The notes under the pieces were generated by a model that saw only the letters and a program-made list of their open reading frames with translations, searched no databases and was not told where the DNA came from. From Euglena gracilis (taxonomy: Eukaryota): a stretch of 64,000 nucleotides of DNA. Numbering within the stretch: position 1 is the first letter of the stretch; every line of letters starts with the position of its first letter. A program made the position numbers and the translations under genes. The stretch lies in assembly GCA_039621445.1 (NCBI GenBank), contig CP154954.1, positions 33,209,455-33,273,454 on the forward strand, written 5' to 3'. Of this stretch, positions 23,895 to 37,630 are shown one piece after another.

Positions 23895-26480
23895 TTTTTC
23901 GTCTTTCCTGTGTTGTGCCCAAACCAAAAAGTTTTTTGCCCAAATTTTTTTCCTGCTTTTTGGACCCCACAAGTGACCCCAATGTAGAAAGTGCATTTCA
24001 CAGCGATTCCGAAAATACACACAGGAACTGGAAATTTTTTTTGGGGTTCACCCTGCCGGGGGGGCAGCATTTTTATCTCTCCCAGCAGAAATCAGGCCGA
24101 AAGGAAGCCAATTTCTGGGCTGGGGGGGTGGGGCAGCATTTTTATCTCTCTCAGCCCGAAATATGGCTGAAAGGGGCCAATTTCTAGGCTGGGGGGGAGG
24201 CAGCATTTTTATCTCTCCCAGCCAAAATATGGCTGAAAGGATGCCAATTTCTGGGCTGGGGGGGGGCAGCTCTTTTGGTCTCTTTGCCTCCCCGAACCTG
24301 GGTCGGCTGATGGCAGGTCGCCCACATCCAAAATTTCGTCCTTTTTGCCATCCTGTTGGAAAAAATCATATATTGAGAAAACTGGAGCCCACACAGGTCT
24401 CGGGGGGGTGGGCAGGGAATTGTCCAGTCTGGGCTCCAGTTTTTGCAACAATGGGCAGTGATAATTGCAGAGGATTGCAGAGGGGGTGTTGTTAAATGTC
24501 TAGTCTGGGCTCCAGTTTTTTGCAACAATGGGCAGTGATAATTGGGGGGGGAGGGAAGTGGGGATGCAGCCCCCTCTTCCCCCCGCAGCAGCGGCCGTTG
24601 GCTACCGGACCCCCCATCGGTGGCCGGGCTCCAGTTTTTTTTGCAATAACCGGACCATTGGGGGCCGCAGGCCATAATCGCTTGTTTCGGTGTTCGGGGT
24701 GGGGGGGGGGGTAGGAAAATGTGTGGGCTGCAGTTTTTGCAAAATCTCAAAAATTTACCTCAAAAAATAATTCCTCTGGGAAGAAAAATGCAAGATGCCA
24801 GGGACGACTTTTTCGGCCGGGGGGGGGGTGGGAAGGTGGTTTTGGGGGGCCCCCTCCCCCCGCAGCGGTGGCCATAGGTCACCAGACCCCCCACCAGTGG
24901 GCCTTGATAATGTCTGTCTGGGCTCCAATTTTTCACAACAAAATCTCAAGAATTTCGGGTTTAAGGTGTTTTTTAGGAGTGGTGAAAAAAATGCAAAGGC
25001 AAAAAAATTGCACGAAATTTTGGCACAGTCAAATTTTATTGACACCTTTTCTCTTGGAATTTTTTGGATTTTCTCTTGGAATTTTTTGCTTCAAAAACCT
25101 GTGAAAATCAAAACTTTGAGAAAATTGTGACAATTTTGGAAGGTGTGAAAAATGTGGTTTTGGGGGTTTTTTGGGGGACCTTCAATATGGGTCAAAAATG
25201 CACCCGGCGCCGACCCGCACTGGTCAGGTGGGGGGGGGGGTGGGGGGGGGTGGGGAGTGTGGGGAGTGTGTGGGGGGGAATGGGGGGGGTATTCAGGTGA
25301 ATGTCAAATGTAGGCTCCAGCTTTTGCAACACCTCTCTTTCTGAGTTTGGGTTGAAGAGACAATGGTCCAGCGATGCCAGAAATCGTTTTTTTGCCTTGA
25401 ATTTTTCCCCGGGCCCCCCCGCACCCCCCATTATTACTGTCCATTGTTGCAAAAAAAAAAACGGAAGCCCAGTCTGCACCCCCCCATACCATATATTGCA
25501 AAAACTGGCTCCTACACTGGCCAAGTGTGGGGGCCATACACCTGGCGCCGAGCCCACACTGGTCAAGTGTGGGGGGGGGGGGCGGGGGGGTGGGAAGGGT
25601 GTGGGGGGGTGTTGGGGTAAATGTCTAGTGTAGGAGCCAGTTTTTGCAATACCTCCCCCACACCCCCCATACCCCTCCACACCCCCCATACCTCCCCTCA
25701 CATCCCCCCACCCCCCCCACATTTGACCAGTGTGGGCTCCAGTTTTTGCAATATCTGCAAAAAGATGAGTCGATTTTTTTGGGCGGGATGGGGGAAAGGG
25801 GGGTCCGGGGGGGGGGGAGGTATTGCAAATACTGGAGGCATTTACCCCCACACCATATATTGCAGAAACTGGTGGGTGCCATGACTCGCATTTTTTTCAG
25901 CTTTCTCAAGTTTTTTAAGATTTTAATGCATTATTTTCCCTAACCCTAACTCACCCCTCCTCCCCTTTTTTGAAAATTTTGCATTCTCAGATGTTTTTTC
26001 CCGAAAAATAACCCTAAAATGTGAAATTTTTGGCTCATTTTGAGAATTTTTTTGTGCAAAGAAATTTTTAACGTTGTTTTGTTGTTGTTGTTGTTGTTGC
26101 TTTTTGACCCCACAAATGACCTCAACATAATTCCGACAGAAGAGAAAGCGAAGATGCACACAGGAACAGTGAATTTTTTTCAGGTTGACCCCCACACCCT
26201 CCCACGCCCCCCCACCCCTCGAACCCCCCCCCAGGACCCCTCTCCCAAGACTCACTCTCCACAACGCCCGGCACCACACGGCCGGGCAGCGGATTTGCCG
26301 ACTTGACTTTGGTGGACATGGGCGTCGGGAGTCCGGCTCTGGGCACGGTGCCCAAGGCTCAGAACCCACGGCACACCCAATGAAGGACGACTTTCACCAC
26401 ACCGAAACACCCCCCCTCAGACTCACCCGGTGGGGACCCCACCTCCGAATCCCTCACATATGGCACGAAGTGGGGAATGG

Positions 26481-26582
26481 CTAGGGGGGTTAGGGGGGGG
26501 TTAGGGGGGTAGGGGGGGTTAGGGGGGGTTGGGGGGGGGGGCTGGGGGGGTTAGGGGGGGTTAGGATTAGGATTAGGATTAG
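26481..26582 (+). repeat. Interstitial telomere-like array (TTAGGGGGGG)n grading into (TTAGGA)n
   Basis: Read directly. Similar arrays occur at 38057-38165, 38634-38680 and 39315-39388. Confidence 0.85.
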
Positions 26583-27429
26583 AAGCGCCCCACTTCACTG
26601 CAATGCCCAAGGTCGACAGGGTTACTATGGCCCTGCCTCCAAGGGGCCTACCCGGGGCCCGGATGCCGCTCCATGATGAGCGTGGTACAGGGTGGGGTGG
26701 TGGGAGTGAGTGGGGGCTGGGGGCCGCTGGTCCACCCTCCAGGGGGGGGGCAAATGGCTGCTGCCGGGGATCGTTCAGCTGGCTAGCGGGCTGGGGTTGG
26801 CATTGCAGGACCTGGGGGCAGGGTGTGGAGTGGGCGGATGGGGGGGTTGCAGAAGGTGGTCTCCTCATGGGGGCACTGGGAAGGTCCAAACATGGATCCA
26901 CAGCTAGTGCTGTGGAGGTACAGTTTGCTGGGTGTTCAGCATTAGGGGTACCAACCCTGCGGCCCTGGTCCTCACACGGCTGACGGCCTCTTACAATTGA
27001 GGGCCTGCTACCCCCCCCCCCCCGAATCTATCCACCAAACTATCCAACGCCATCCTAGGTCTCTGTGAGGGTAAGACATGGCTGAGAGTGGTGCTGGTGA
27101 AATGGGGCGAGAAGGAAAGCCGGGTCACCAACCAGCTGCTGGGCCTCAAAAGCCATTGGGGGTGGGGATGGTGGGTATAAAAAACAGCGCCACCCCTGGA
27201 CAGTCCATCATAGGGAGGTTATTTCCAATTTGATCAGATTGCAGAACCAGAAAGCGGATGGAGGCTCATGGACTCAGAAGGATGCCGGCGGCAGCATGAC
27301 AGAGAACGAACAGAAGGGGGGAGACAGAGATGATGGCAAGGGCCGGCACAATAAATTGTGTGGGGTTCAATCAGGCCGCTGGGGCCCGAGAGGAGCTCCG
27401 GGGTTGATGGCGGGGTGAGAACAGCAAGA

Positions 27430-27610
27430 GGACGACGGCCGCGGTGGACCGAGGAAGAACAACGACAGGTCGACGGCCGCGGCGGACCGAGAGACAACAA
27501 CGACAAAATGACGGCCGCGGTGGACCAAGAGAGAAACAACGACAGGTCGACGGCCGCGGTGGGCCGAGGGAGAAACAACGACAGGTCGACGGCCGCGGTG
27601 GACCGAGAGA
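27430..27610. repeat. 36-bp minisatellite, ~5 units (CAGGTCGACGGCCGCGGTGGACCGAG core)
   Basis: Tandem units read directly. Confidence 0.9.
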
Positions 27611-27961
27611 GGACGACGTAGAAAACAGAGGAGGAGGTATGTAGGCAGGCCAAGGGCTGGGGTGGGGGGGGGGCTGAGAGACGTCTCGGCGATATTAGGT
27701 TGGTTCTTCCAGAAACACTGCTCACCTGCTTCGAGAGGCTTGGGTGTGTGTGCACGTTGAAAAGTATCCAAAGGCCAGGGGGGGATCAGTTGGTGTCAGT
27801 GGTGCAGGCTGGGGGGGGGGAGGGCATCCAATGTGCAGCCGTCTGTGTGGGGAGGGGTCGTGGTGTGCTCAATGGTATCCCTAGAACCGGGGTTCTGGCA
27901 GCCTGCAAAAAAAAAATATAGAAAGAAAATAATTAAATGAAAAAAATAATAAATAAATAAG

Positions 27962-28120
<159 letters not shown>

Positions 28121-28879
28121 ATCAAAATAAACTAAAACAATCAAAAATCAGGTCCATGGGGGCATGGGGGCATGGAGAGGAAAGCTCGAGCTTGTATTGT
28201 CCACATACTTCCCAGCTGCCCTGGTTTCTCTTTACCACTGCCAGCTGATGTCCCCTTCAGAAAGGCAAACACCTCCTGTCGGACACCGAACCCTCACAGG
28301 CAGGCATGGTCAAGCACATTGCCCCCGAGGTGCCATGCGCAGTACCAGTCCAGTCCCGGCCCCGGCCTATCAGTGGACCACGAACCAGGCCAACGGAGGG
28401 GTGGGGGCCGTGCGCGCAGCCGGGTGATACAATGTGCAAGTAAGGGGGGGCCTGTATGACATTTCCGACATCTCGGGGGGGGGGGGGGGGGTGTGGCGAC
28501 CACGTCCACTCCGCAGGGTGTGATCCAGGATTTCAAAGCCGGAGTGGGTGGCCAGCACGCTCCGTAATCAAGAGGTACATCCAATCTGATAATGAGCCAC
28601 CCGTCAAAAGGGAGTCAACAAAAAAAACCTGGACATGCCGGTTGGGATTGAGTTGGAAAAAAAAAGGACGGATGGAGACTCTTAACTCACACCTGCTGGG
28701 ATCCGCTCGCCTTGCTGTCATCACATTCTCCAACCATGGTAGACAGTGCCAGAGATTTTCTGCACCAAAGGCTGCATGCAGGCTTACAATCCACCAGGGG
28801 ATATTCAGTTCAGGGGTCAACACTCATCAACCCTCAACAACACTCGTCGTGAGGTTATCGGAAAGATCAGTGTGCCATG

Positions 28880-31130
28880 GCTATCCGGAAATTTAGGTTA
28901 CTCCGGAAGTGCGGTGGGTTGGTCACCACAGGGTGGTTGGTGTGGTGGTTAACACCGTGGGGTGGTTGGGATGGTCCGGGAGCTGAGGGTGTGCACGACG
29001 GGGTACGAGATCTGTGTAGTCGGTGTCTAGAACATCAGGGTGGTGGAATTATTAAGAAATTCCATTGGGAAGACCTTGGTGGTTTTGGGGAACACCACCG
29101 TGGGGTGTTGGTAGTTTGGTGGATTTAGTTTTCTGGAAGAGTGTGCGGATTACCAAGGGGCAGTTGGGTTATCCAGGAGTTAAAGGGTAGAAACATCTCG
29201 GGATGTTATGGTTATCTGGAAAGTCAGATGGTAGGACACCATGGAGTGTTTGGGGTGGTCTGGAAATTGAGGGTAGAAACATTGGGGGGGGAGTCCAGGC
29301 AGTCGGTGTGTGGAACACCATAGGGGGGGGGGGTTAAATTGTAGAGAAGTTCAGCAGGTAGGAAACCTTGGGTTGGTTGGAAGTTTGGTGGTGGGGTTGT
29401 ACCGAAATTGGGATAAGACACCATGGGGGGCTCCACATGTTCGGCAGGTTGAACATCACGAGGTGGTTTGGGACCAGAAATTATTCATCCAGAAATTTAC
29501 AATGCATTGAGCATCATGGGTGTTCGAAAGGATCCAGAAACTCAGAGGGTCGGACAGCACGGGTCACATGGGTGATTCACCGTGTGGGCAAAGGGTAAGC
29601 CAGAGTTGAGAGGGTCCAATGCCAAGGGGTGATGGGTTTATTTGGGAGTTGGGAGGGTAGAACACCAATAAGTTATTGGGAAGTGGGGTGAGTTGTGGAT
29701 TATCCAAAGATTTAATGGGTAAAAAGCCATGGGGTGGTTGAGGTGGTCTAGAAATTCAGGTTGGTCACCATGGAGTGGTGGTGGCGGTCCAGAGGGATGG
29801 TGACTTAGATGCCAAGAGACTATGGAGGGTGGTGTGGCAGTTCAGTTGGCAAGACACTTAGGCAATTGGGTGGGGGGAAACACCTCGAAGGAGTGTTTCT
29901 CATGCGAAAATTTTGGAATTTTGGGTGTCTTTTCTGCGGAAATTCAGGAAGATGGGTGTGTGGAACATCAATGAGTTATTATCAAATAATTCGAAGTGAA
30001 GACACACCATGGGGTGATGTGGTAATCCAGAAACTCAGTGGGTAACACCACAGGGTGGTTGGGACGGGCAGAACGTTGGGGGTTTCTGGGCAGTCGGCAT
30101 GTACAACACCATGGGGGAGGGTTACATTGTACAGGCGTGCGGCGAGTAGAACACCACGGGTTGCTTGGGGTTTTTGCTTGGGGTCTGGAAGTTTGTTGGG
30201 TTGGACACCACGGGGCGGTTGGGTTGTTTCGAAATTCGATGGGAAGAAACATCACAGGGAGGAGGAAGGAAGGCCTTCAAAATACGTTGGGGTGGAAAAC
30301 AGGGAGTATTTTGGGTGGTCCAGAAGACTTGAGGGCACGAGGTGCTTGGGGGCGAAAACTCGGTGGGTGGATTTAGTCGGGGTTGGAAGGGTGGAACAAC
30401 ATGGGGGGCTGAAATAACGTGAAATTTGATGAATTTGAACGTGAATTTGACCCGGAAAATTACAGGTAAAACACCACAGGGTGGTTGCAGCATCAAGAAA
30501 AACAGTGGCATCCAGAAAGATGGTGGGTAGGACACTAAGTGAAGGTTGGTATGGGCCGATAGCTGAGGTTGCACACCACGTGGGGTGGGGTAGTCTGGGC
30601 AGTTGGTGCGTAGTGCACCATGAGGATAAGATCCTCTGGAAATGTGTTTTGTGGAATACTGGTAATGGGTCGGGAGAAACACCAGGGGGGGGGGGTCCTG
30701 GTTATGCGGAAATTTGGCGCATTGGATTTCTGGCAGTGATATGTGTCGAAGACCACGGGGTGTTAGGTTTTCCAAAAATTCAGCAGGTAGAGTAATGGGT
30801 TGGTTGGGGTTATGCGGCATATTGACAGGTTGGACTCCACAGGGTGGCTGGGGTTATATCGAAACCCATGGGGAGGCCTAGAATGTCACAGGGTAGTCGG
30901 AGTGGTCCGGGAGCTCGGTGGGTAGGACACCATCTGGGCAAGGGTGTTATCCGCAGTTCGGGGGGGGGGGGGTAGAACACCAATGGGTTGTCAGGTTTAT
31001 TCAGGAATTGGAAAACAGAACATCATGGAGGTTGGGATTATTGGGAAAATTCCGCGGCTTGTGGTAATCCGAAACGTTGGGGAGGTCCAGGCAATCAGTG
31101 TGCAGAAAACCACGTGGGGGTTAAAATTCT
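28880..31130. repeat. Highly diverged ~43-bp minisatellite (GAACACCAYGGGG ... CCRGAAATT motif)
   Basis: Variants of ACACCATGGGG recur at roughly 40-45 nt spacing over more than 2 kb. Confidence 0.7.
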
Positions 31131-31404
31131 CAGGGGAGGGTTCAAAATTGCGTGAGGCAGCAGAGGAAACCATGAATTGGATGGTGCATGCAAAAAGAAA
31201 AACGATGGCATGTGATTTTGGGTCGTGAGGGAAACCAGCACAAATTCAAGCTGCGGAGAGAGCTGTGACCCACTGCGGCCCGGAGGGGGCAGGGGGCGAG
31301 GAAAATGGTCCGAATGTCATGAGAATGGAGGATGGGCTGGGGGTGCAGGAGGCGTTGAGGAAAATTCGCTTCCCCGGCGTGTTCCCGCTGGGTACGCCTG
31401 TACG

Positions 31405-31560
31405 CACACACACCCCCGCCCAATCCACACCCACACCCACACAACACCCACACCCACACACACACCCACACCCACACGCAACCTGCACGCACACACGCAC
31501 GCGCGCGCGCACACACACACAAACACACACACACGCACACACACACACACACACACGCAC
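31405..31560. repeat. Imperfect (CA)n microsatellite
   Basis: Read directly. (TG)n runs also occur at 32627-32657 and 63476-63496. Confidence 0.9.
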
Positions 31561-32624
31561 AATTTCTCCGTTCTTTGGAGAGTTGGCAATGGTGTTCTTC
31601 ATATTTTATTTGGGTTTCTATCACAATGGGGTTATCCTCGGAATTTTGGGGGTTCGCAGCGAAGAGCACTTGTGCTGCCGACTGGTGAGTCAATGTGATA
31701 TGACTGAAATGAGCTGCAAAATAAATTCTGGTGAAATTTATGGGCGAAAATTAAGAGAGTGTTCAAAGGACGGTTGCAGTTAGGTGGTTGCACTTCAGCA
31801 GCCTGAACGAAATTTAGACAAAGCAGGGGAAGAGTTTCCCACATACTTAAAGGATGGGTGGGTGGGGTGGGTAGTGGGTGGAGGCAGAACCGGGGCAGGG
31901 CTCCTGGGTGCTGGGCGGGGGTGGCGGAGGGGGAGGGTCGGCCACCATGCTTGCGGGAGGGGGGTGGGTGAGCTGGGGGAGAGGGGGCGGCGGGGCTGGC
32001 AGGAACACGGTGTCAGGCCCATGGTGACTGGTCCAAGATTAAAGGTCCAAGAGGCAGCAAAAAGAAACCAGGAATTATGAATTGGCCTGTGCACACAAAA
32101 TACATTGGTATGCGGATATCAGGCTTGAGATAAAACAGCATATGCAATGCGACAAACCATGGAGAGAGCTGTGCCTCACCGCGGTCTGGAGGGAGATGGG
32201 GGCATGCACAGCTGCCACATATGAGCGGATGGGAGAACATGGGCCCCGTGTGCTTAAACCAGGGAGCAGGCTGGGGGGCTGGGAGGCGCTGAGAAAATTT
32301 AATTTCCCGAAAAGGTTTCTCCCCCCTTTCTTCTTTCCCGGTATCCAGGAGATATTTTCTTTGTTTGTTTTTTTTTGTTTCGTGTGGGGTTCCACCACAA
32401 TGGGTTTCTATTCAGATATTTGGGGGATCAGAGTGCAGAGTGAAGTGGATTTGGGCTGGTGTGTAAATGTGAAATAACTGAAATGAGCAGCAAATTAAAT
32501 TTGTGTATGAAAATTAAAGAATGTTCAAAAGGTGGTTGCAGATAAGTGGTTGCACTCAAGCAGCTTGAACAAAATTTAGACAAAGAGGGGGGAAGAGGTT
32601 CCCAATAACTTAAAGTGCAGGGTA

Positions 32625-32659
<35 letters not shown>

Positions 32660-32890
32660 ACTGGGGTGGGAAATGGGTGGACAGAACCGGGGCAGGGTTC
32701 CTGGGTGCCAGACGGGGGGGGGGGAGGGGAAATCGGCGGACACCAACCATCCTTGGCGCCGGGGGGATTAGGATTAGGATTAATGGCACTCCACGTTCCT
32801 GCATTGCCGAAGGTCAGAGCCAAGGCAGGGCCGTAATTGCCCTGCCTCCAAAGGGCCTACCCCGGGCCCGGACAAGAATCTGTGGGTCTT

Positions 32891-35800
32891 CCGGCTGGGG
32901 AGGGATGGGGCGGGGCCAGGGCTGCCGGCTGGAGTTGGTAGGGGGCGGGGCCGGGGCTGCCAGTCGGAGTAGGTCGGGGGCGGGTCGGGGATGTCGGCTG
33001 GGGTTGGTAGGGGGCGGGGCCGGGGCTGCCGGCCGGGGTAGGTAGGTGGCAGGGTCGGGGATGTAGGCTGGAGTTGGTAGGGGGCGGGGCCGGGGTCGCC
33101 AGTCGGAGTTGGTCGGGGGCGGGTCGGGGATGTCGGCTGGAGTTGGTAGGGGACGGGGCTGGGGCTGCCGGCTGGAGTTGGTAGGGGGCGGGGCCGGGGT
33201 TGCCAGTCGGAGTAGGTAGGGGGCGGGTCGGGGATGTCGGCTGGAGTTGGTAGGGGACGGGGCTGGGGCTGCCGGCTGGGATAGGTTGGGGGCGGGGCCG
33301 GGGCTGCCGGCCGGGGGAGGTAGGGGGCGGGGCCGGGGCTGCCGGCTGGGGTAGGTCGGGGGCGGGTCGGGGATGTCGGCTGGATTTGGTAGGGGGCGGG
33401 TTGGGGGTGTCGGCTAGATTTGGTAGGGGGCGGGTTGGGGGTGTCGGCTGGAGTTGGTAGGGGGCGGGGCCGGGGCTGCCAGTCGGAGTCGGTAGGGGGC
33501 GGGGCTGGGGCTGCCGGCTGGAGTCGGTAGGGGGCGGGGGCGGGGCTGCCGGCTGGAGTCGGTAGGGGGCGGGTCGGGGCTGCTGGCTGGGGTAGGTAGG
33601 GGGCGGGTCGGGGATGTCGGCTGGAGTTGGTAGGGGGCGGGTTGGGGGTGTCGGCTGGATTTGGTAGGGGGCAGGGCCGGGGCCGCCGGCTGGAGTCAGT
33701 AGCGGGCGGGGCCAGGGCTGCCAGTCGGAGTAGGTACGGGGCAGGGCCGGGGCTGCCGGCTGGGGTAGGTTGGGGGCGGGTCGGGGATGTTGGCTGGTTT
33801 GGTAGGGGGCGGGTCGGGTGTGTCGGCTGCAGTCGGTAGTGGTCGGGGCCGGGGCTGCCGGCTGGGATAGGTAGTGGGCGGGCCAGGGGCTGCCAGTTGG
33901 AGTAGGTAAGGGGCGGGTTGGGGATGTCGGCTGGAGTCGGTAGGGGGCGGGACGGGGGTTGCGGGCGGGGGGAGGGCGGGGGGGGGTCGGGGATGTCGGC
34001 TGGAGTGGGGAGGGGGCGGGGCCGGGGCTGCTGGCCGGGGGTGGGTGGGGGGCGGGACGGAAATGTCGGCTGGAGTCGGTAGGGGGCGGGCCAGGGGCTG
34101 CCAGTCGGAGTAGGTAGGGGGCGGGTCGGGGCTGGCGGGTGGGGTAGGTCGGGGGGGGGGCGGGGATGTTGGCTGGTTTGGTAGGGGGCAGGGCCGGGGC
34201 TGCCGGCTGGGGTAGGTCGGGGGCGGGTCGGGGATGTTGGCTGGTTTGGTAGGGGGCGGGTCGGGTGTGTCGGCTGCAGTCGGTAGTGGTCGGGGCCGGG
34301 GCTGCCGGCTGGGATAGGTAGTGGGCGGGCCAGGGGCTGCCAGTTGGAGTAGGTAAGGGGCGGGTTGGGGATGTCGGCTGGAGTCGGTAGGGGGCGGGGC
34401 CGGGGCTGCCGGCTGGGGTAGGTCGGGGGCGGGTGGGGGATGTCGGCTGGTGAAGGTAGGGGGCGGGGCCGGGGCAGCTGGCCGGGGTAGGTCGGGGGGG
34501 CGGGACGGAAATGTCGGCTGGAGTCGGTAGGGGGCGGGCCAGGGGCTGCCAGTCGGAGTAGGTAGGGGGCGGGTCGGGGCTGCCGGCTGGGGTAGGTAGG
34601 GGGCGGGTCGGGGGTGTCGGCTGGAGTCGGTAGGGGGCGGGGCCGGGGCTGCCGGCTGGGGTAGGTCGGGGGCGGGTCGGATATGTCAGCTGGAATTGGT
34701 AGGGGGCAGGGTCGGGGCTGCCGGCTGGGGTAGGTCGGGGGCGGGTCGGGGATGTTGGCTGGTTTGGTAGGGGGCGGGGCCGGGGCTGCCGGCTGGGGTA
34801 GGTCGGGGGCGGGTCGGGGATGTTGGCTGGTTTGGTAGGGGGCGGGGCCGGGGCTGCCGGCTGGGGTAGGTCGGGGGCGGGGAGGGGAGGTTCGCTGGGT
34901 TAGTAGGGGGCGGGTCGGGTGTGTCGGCTGCAGTCGGTAGGGGTCGGGGCCGGGGCTGCCGGCTGGGATAGGTAGTGGGCGGGCCAGGGGCTGCCAGTTG
35001 GAGTAGGTAAGGGGCGGGTCGGGGATGTCGGCTGGAGTCGGTAGGGGGCGGGGCCGGGGTTGCCGGCTGGGGTAGGTCGGGGGCGGGGCCGGGGATGCCG
35101 GCTGGGATAGGTAGTGGGCGGGCCAGGGGCTGCCAGTTGGAGTCGGTAAGGGGCGGGTTGGGGATGTCGGCTGGAGTCGGTAGGGGGCGGGACCGGGGTT
35201 GCCGGCTGGGGTAGGTAGGGGGCGGGTCGGGGATGTCGGCTGGAGGCGGTAGGGGGGGGGCCGGGGCTGCTGGCCGGGGTAGGTCGGGGGCGGGTCGTGT
35301 ATGTCAGCTGGAGTGGGTAGGGGGCGGGGCCAGGGGCTGCCAGTCGGAGTAGGTAGGTAGGGGGCGGGGGTAGGGGGGGTCGGGGCTGCCGGCTGGGGTA
35401 GGGGGCGGGGCCGGGGATGCCGGCTGGGGTAGGTGGGGGCGGGCTGGATATGTCCGGCTGGAGTAGGTAGGGGGCAGGGTCGGGGCTGCCGGCTGGGGTA
35501 GGTCGGGGGCGGGTCGGATATGTCGGCTGGGGTTGGTAGGGGGCGGGCCAGGGGCTGCCAGTCGGAGTAGGTAGGGGGCGGGTCGGGGATGTTGGCTGGT
35601 GTTGGTAGGGGGCGGGTCGGGTGTGTCGGCTGCAGTCGGTAGAGGTCGGGGCCGGGGCTGCCGGCTGGGGTAGGTAGTGGGCGGGCCAGGGGCTGCCAGT
35701 TGGGGTGGGTAGGGGGCGGGGCGGGGGTGTCGGGCTGGAGTATGGTAGGGGGCTGGGCCGGGGCTGCCGGCTGGAGTTGGTAGGGGGCGGGGCCGGGGGT

Positions 35801-36303
35801 GCCGGCTGGAGTCAGGTAGGGGGCGGGGCCGGGTTTGCCAGTCGGAGTAGATAGGGGGCAGGGCCGGGGCTGCCGGCTGGGTAGGTCGGGGGGCGGGTCG
35901 GATATGTCGGGCTGGAATTGGTAGGGGGCAGGGTCGGGGCTGCCGGAGGGGTAGGTAGGTGGGCGGGTCGGGGGTGTCGGCTGTGGTTGGTAAGGGGGTG
36001 GGGGCGGGGCTGCCGGGTGGGGTGGGTGGGGGGGTGGGTCGGATATGTCGGCTGGAGTCGGTAGGGGGCAGGGCCGGGGTTGCCGGCTGGGGTAGGTAGG
36101 GGGCAGGGCCGGGGAGGTCGGTTGGGGTCGGTAGGGGTCGGGGCCGGGGCTGCGGGGGGGGGGTAGGTGGGTGGTTCGGTGATGTCGGCGGGGGTTGGTA
36201 GGGGGCGGGGCCGGGGGCGCTGCCGGCCGGGGTAGGTCGGGGGCGGGTCGGGGTGGTCGGCTGGAGTCAGTAGGGGGTGGGGCCGGGGTTGCCAGCTGGG
36301 GTA
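32891..36303. repeat. 3.4-kb G-rich satellite with a ~33-34-bp unit (GGGGCTGCCGGCTGGRGTNGGTAGGGGGCGGGKCC variants)
   Basis: About 100 tandem variant units with extreme G skew. Confidence 0.95.
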
Positions 36304-37384
36304 GATAAACCCCCCCTCACCTGTAACCCCCCGGGGGGTCATAGGATCCTGTTTATTGGTTGACCCCGAGGGGGGGCTATAAGTGGGGGTTTTTAGCCTT
36401 GGCGGTTCTCTTTGCCTTCTCATGGCTTCCGGGGGTGGGATGATAAATCACGGTTTAGTGGTTGGGCCCGAGGGGCGGGGTTATGAATAGGGGGGGGTAT
36501 AGGATGGGGGGTTATAAGTGGAGGGTGGGGTTTAGGGGGCGACTTGGGCGGAGGGGTGACCGGGGAGTGTTGGTGAGTTTCCGGCGGTGCCTTGAATCGG
36601 GGGGGGGGGGGGGCCTGGCTACCCCCTCTGGGGCCCTGGTTCTGCCAGACGGCAGGACAAGCGTGTTGTCTTGGGTGCAGCGAGAAAAACCAGGCCGCTG
36701 CGGGGCCTGGTTAGTCAGTCCTAGTCCCTGGTCTGTCGACACGGGTTGGGGCTGGGCCCGGACGTCGTTACATACACGGGCGCCGCTGGATGGACAAGGC
36801 CAGTGTGGACAGGGTGGAAACTGCACTGGGGAGGGGTCTTTCTCGCTTATATTCAAAAAGAATCCAGTGCTTTGTCCCCCCAGGGGGATTCTAGCCAGCT
36901 GGCTGGAAAAAATGCCGGCTGAATTAGTCTTTGTAGATGTGCGCCGTATAGTGCGTTTCAATTGAGGGATCTGGAGGCTCATATTGAACCAAAAGTGCCC
37001 CACTGGTGTACACTGGCTGACCTGTGTATGTGACTGAGAAAATGGGATATCATTTGTAGGTAAAGTTCGGGCCAGGGATGCAAATAAATGGTCATATGCG
37101 TGAGGATGGTCACACGGAAACAACAAGAAACCAACCAGTGATGCGGGGAGAAAAAGTTTCCCAACTAATTAGAAAAGCAGGGTTCATGGGTGGTGGGTGG
37201 GTGGGTGGGCGGGGAGGGCAATAGGTGGAGGCAGAGCCGGGGTAGGGTTCCTGGGTGCTAGACGAGGGGGCGGGCAGGGGGTGGGGTCGGCGGCCAACTC
37301 ACTGGTGGGGGCTGGCCCCTAGGGTGAGGGGAGGGGGGGGGGGTCCCGGGGGACCCACCCACTTTTGCCCAAGGGGAAGGGGGA

Positions 37385-37630
37385 CAGGTCGACGGCCGCG
37401 GTGGACCGAAAGAACAACGTCAGGTCGACGGCCGCGGTGGACCGAGGGAACAAGGCCAGGTCGACGGCCGCGGTGGACCGAGGGAACAAGGCCAGGTCGA
37501 CGGCCGCGGTGGACCGAGTGAACAAGGCCAGGTCGACGGCCGCGGTGGACCGAGGGAACAACGCCAGGTCGACGGCCTCGGTGGACCGAGGGAACAAGGC
37601 CAGGTCGACGGCCGCGGTGGACCGAGTGAA
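37385..37630. repeat. 36-bp minisatellite, 7 units, same core as 27430-27610
   Basis: Unit CAGGTCGACGGCCGCGGTGGACCGAGGGAACAAGGC. Confidence 0.93.

Noticed and set aside
36462-37126. Long ORFs next to the satellite
   Set aside because: No motifs, codon bias or splice structure could be recognised.
37385-37630. CRISPR-like array (also 27430-27610)
   Set aside because: The linkers are only ~10 nt and nearly identical, there are no cas genes, and the context is eukaryotic. This is a minisatellite.
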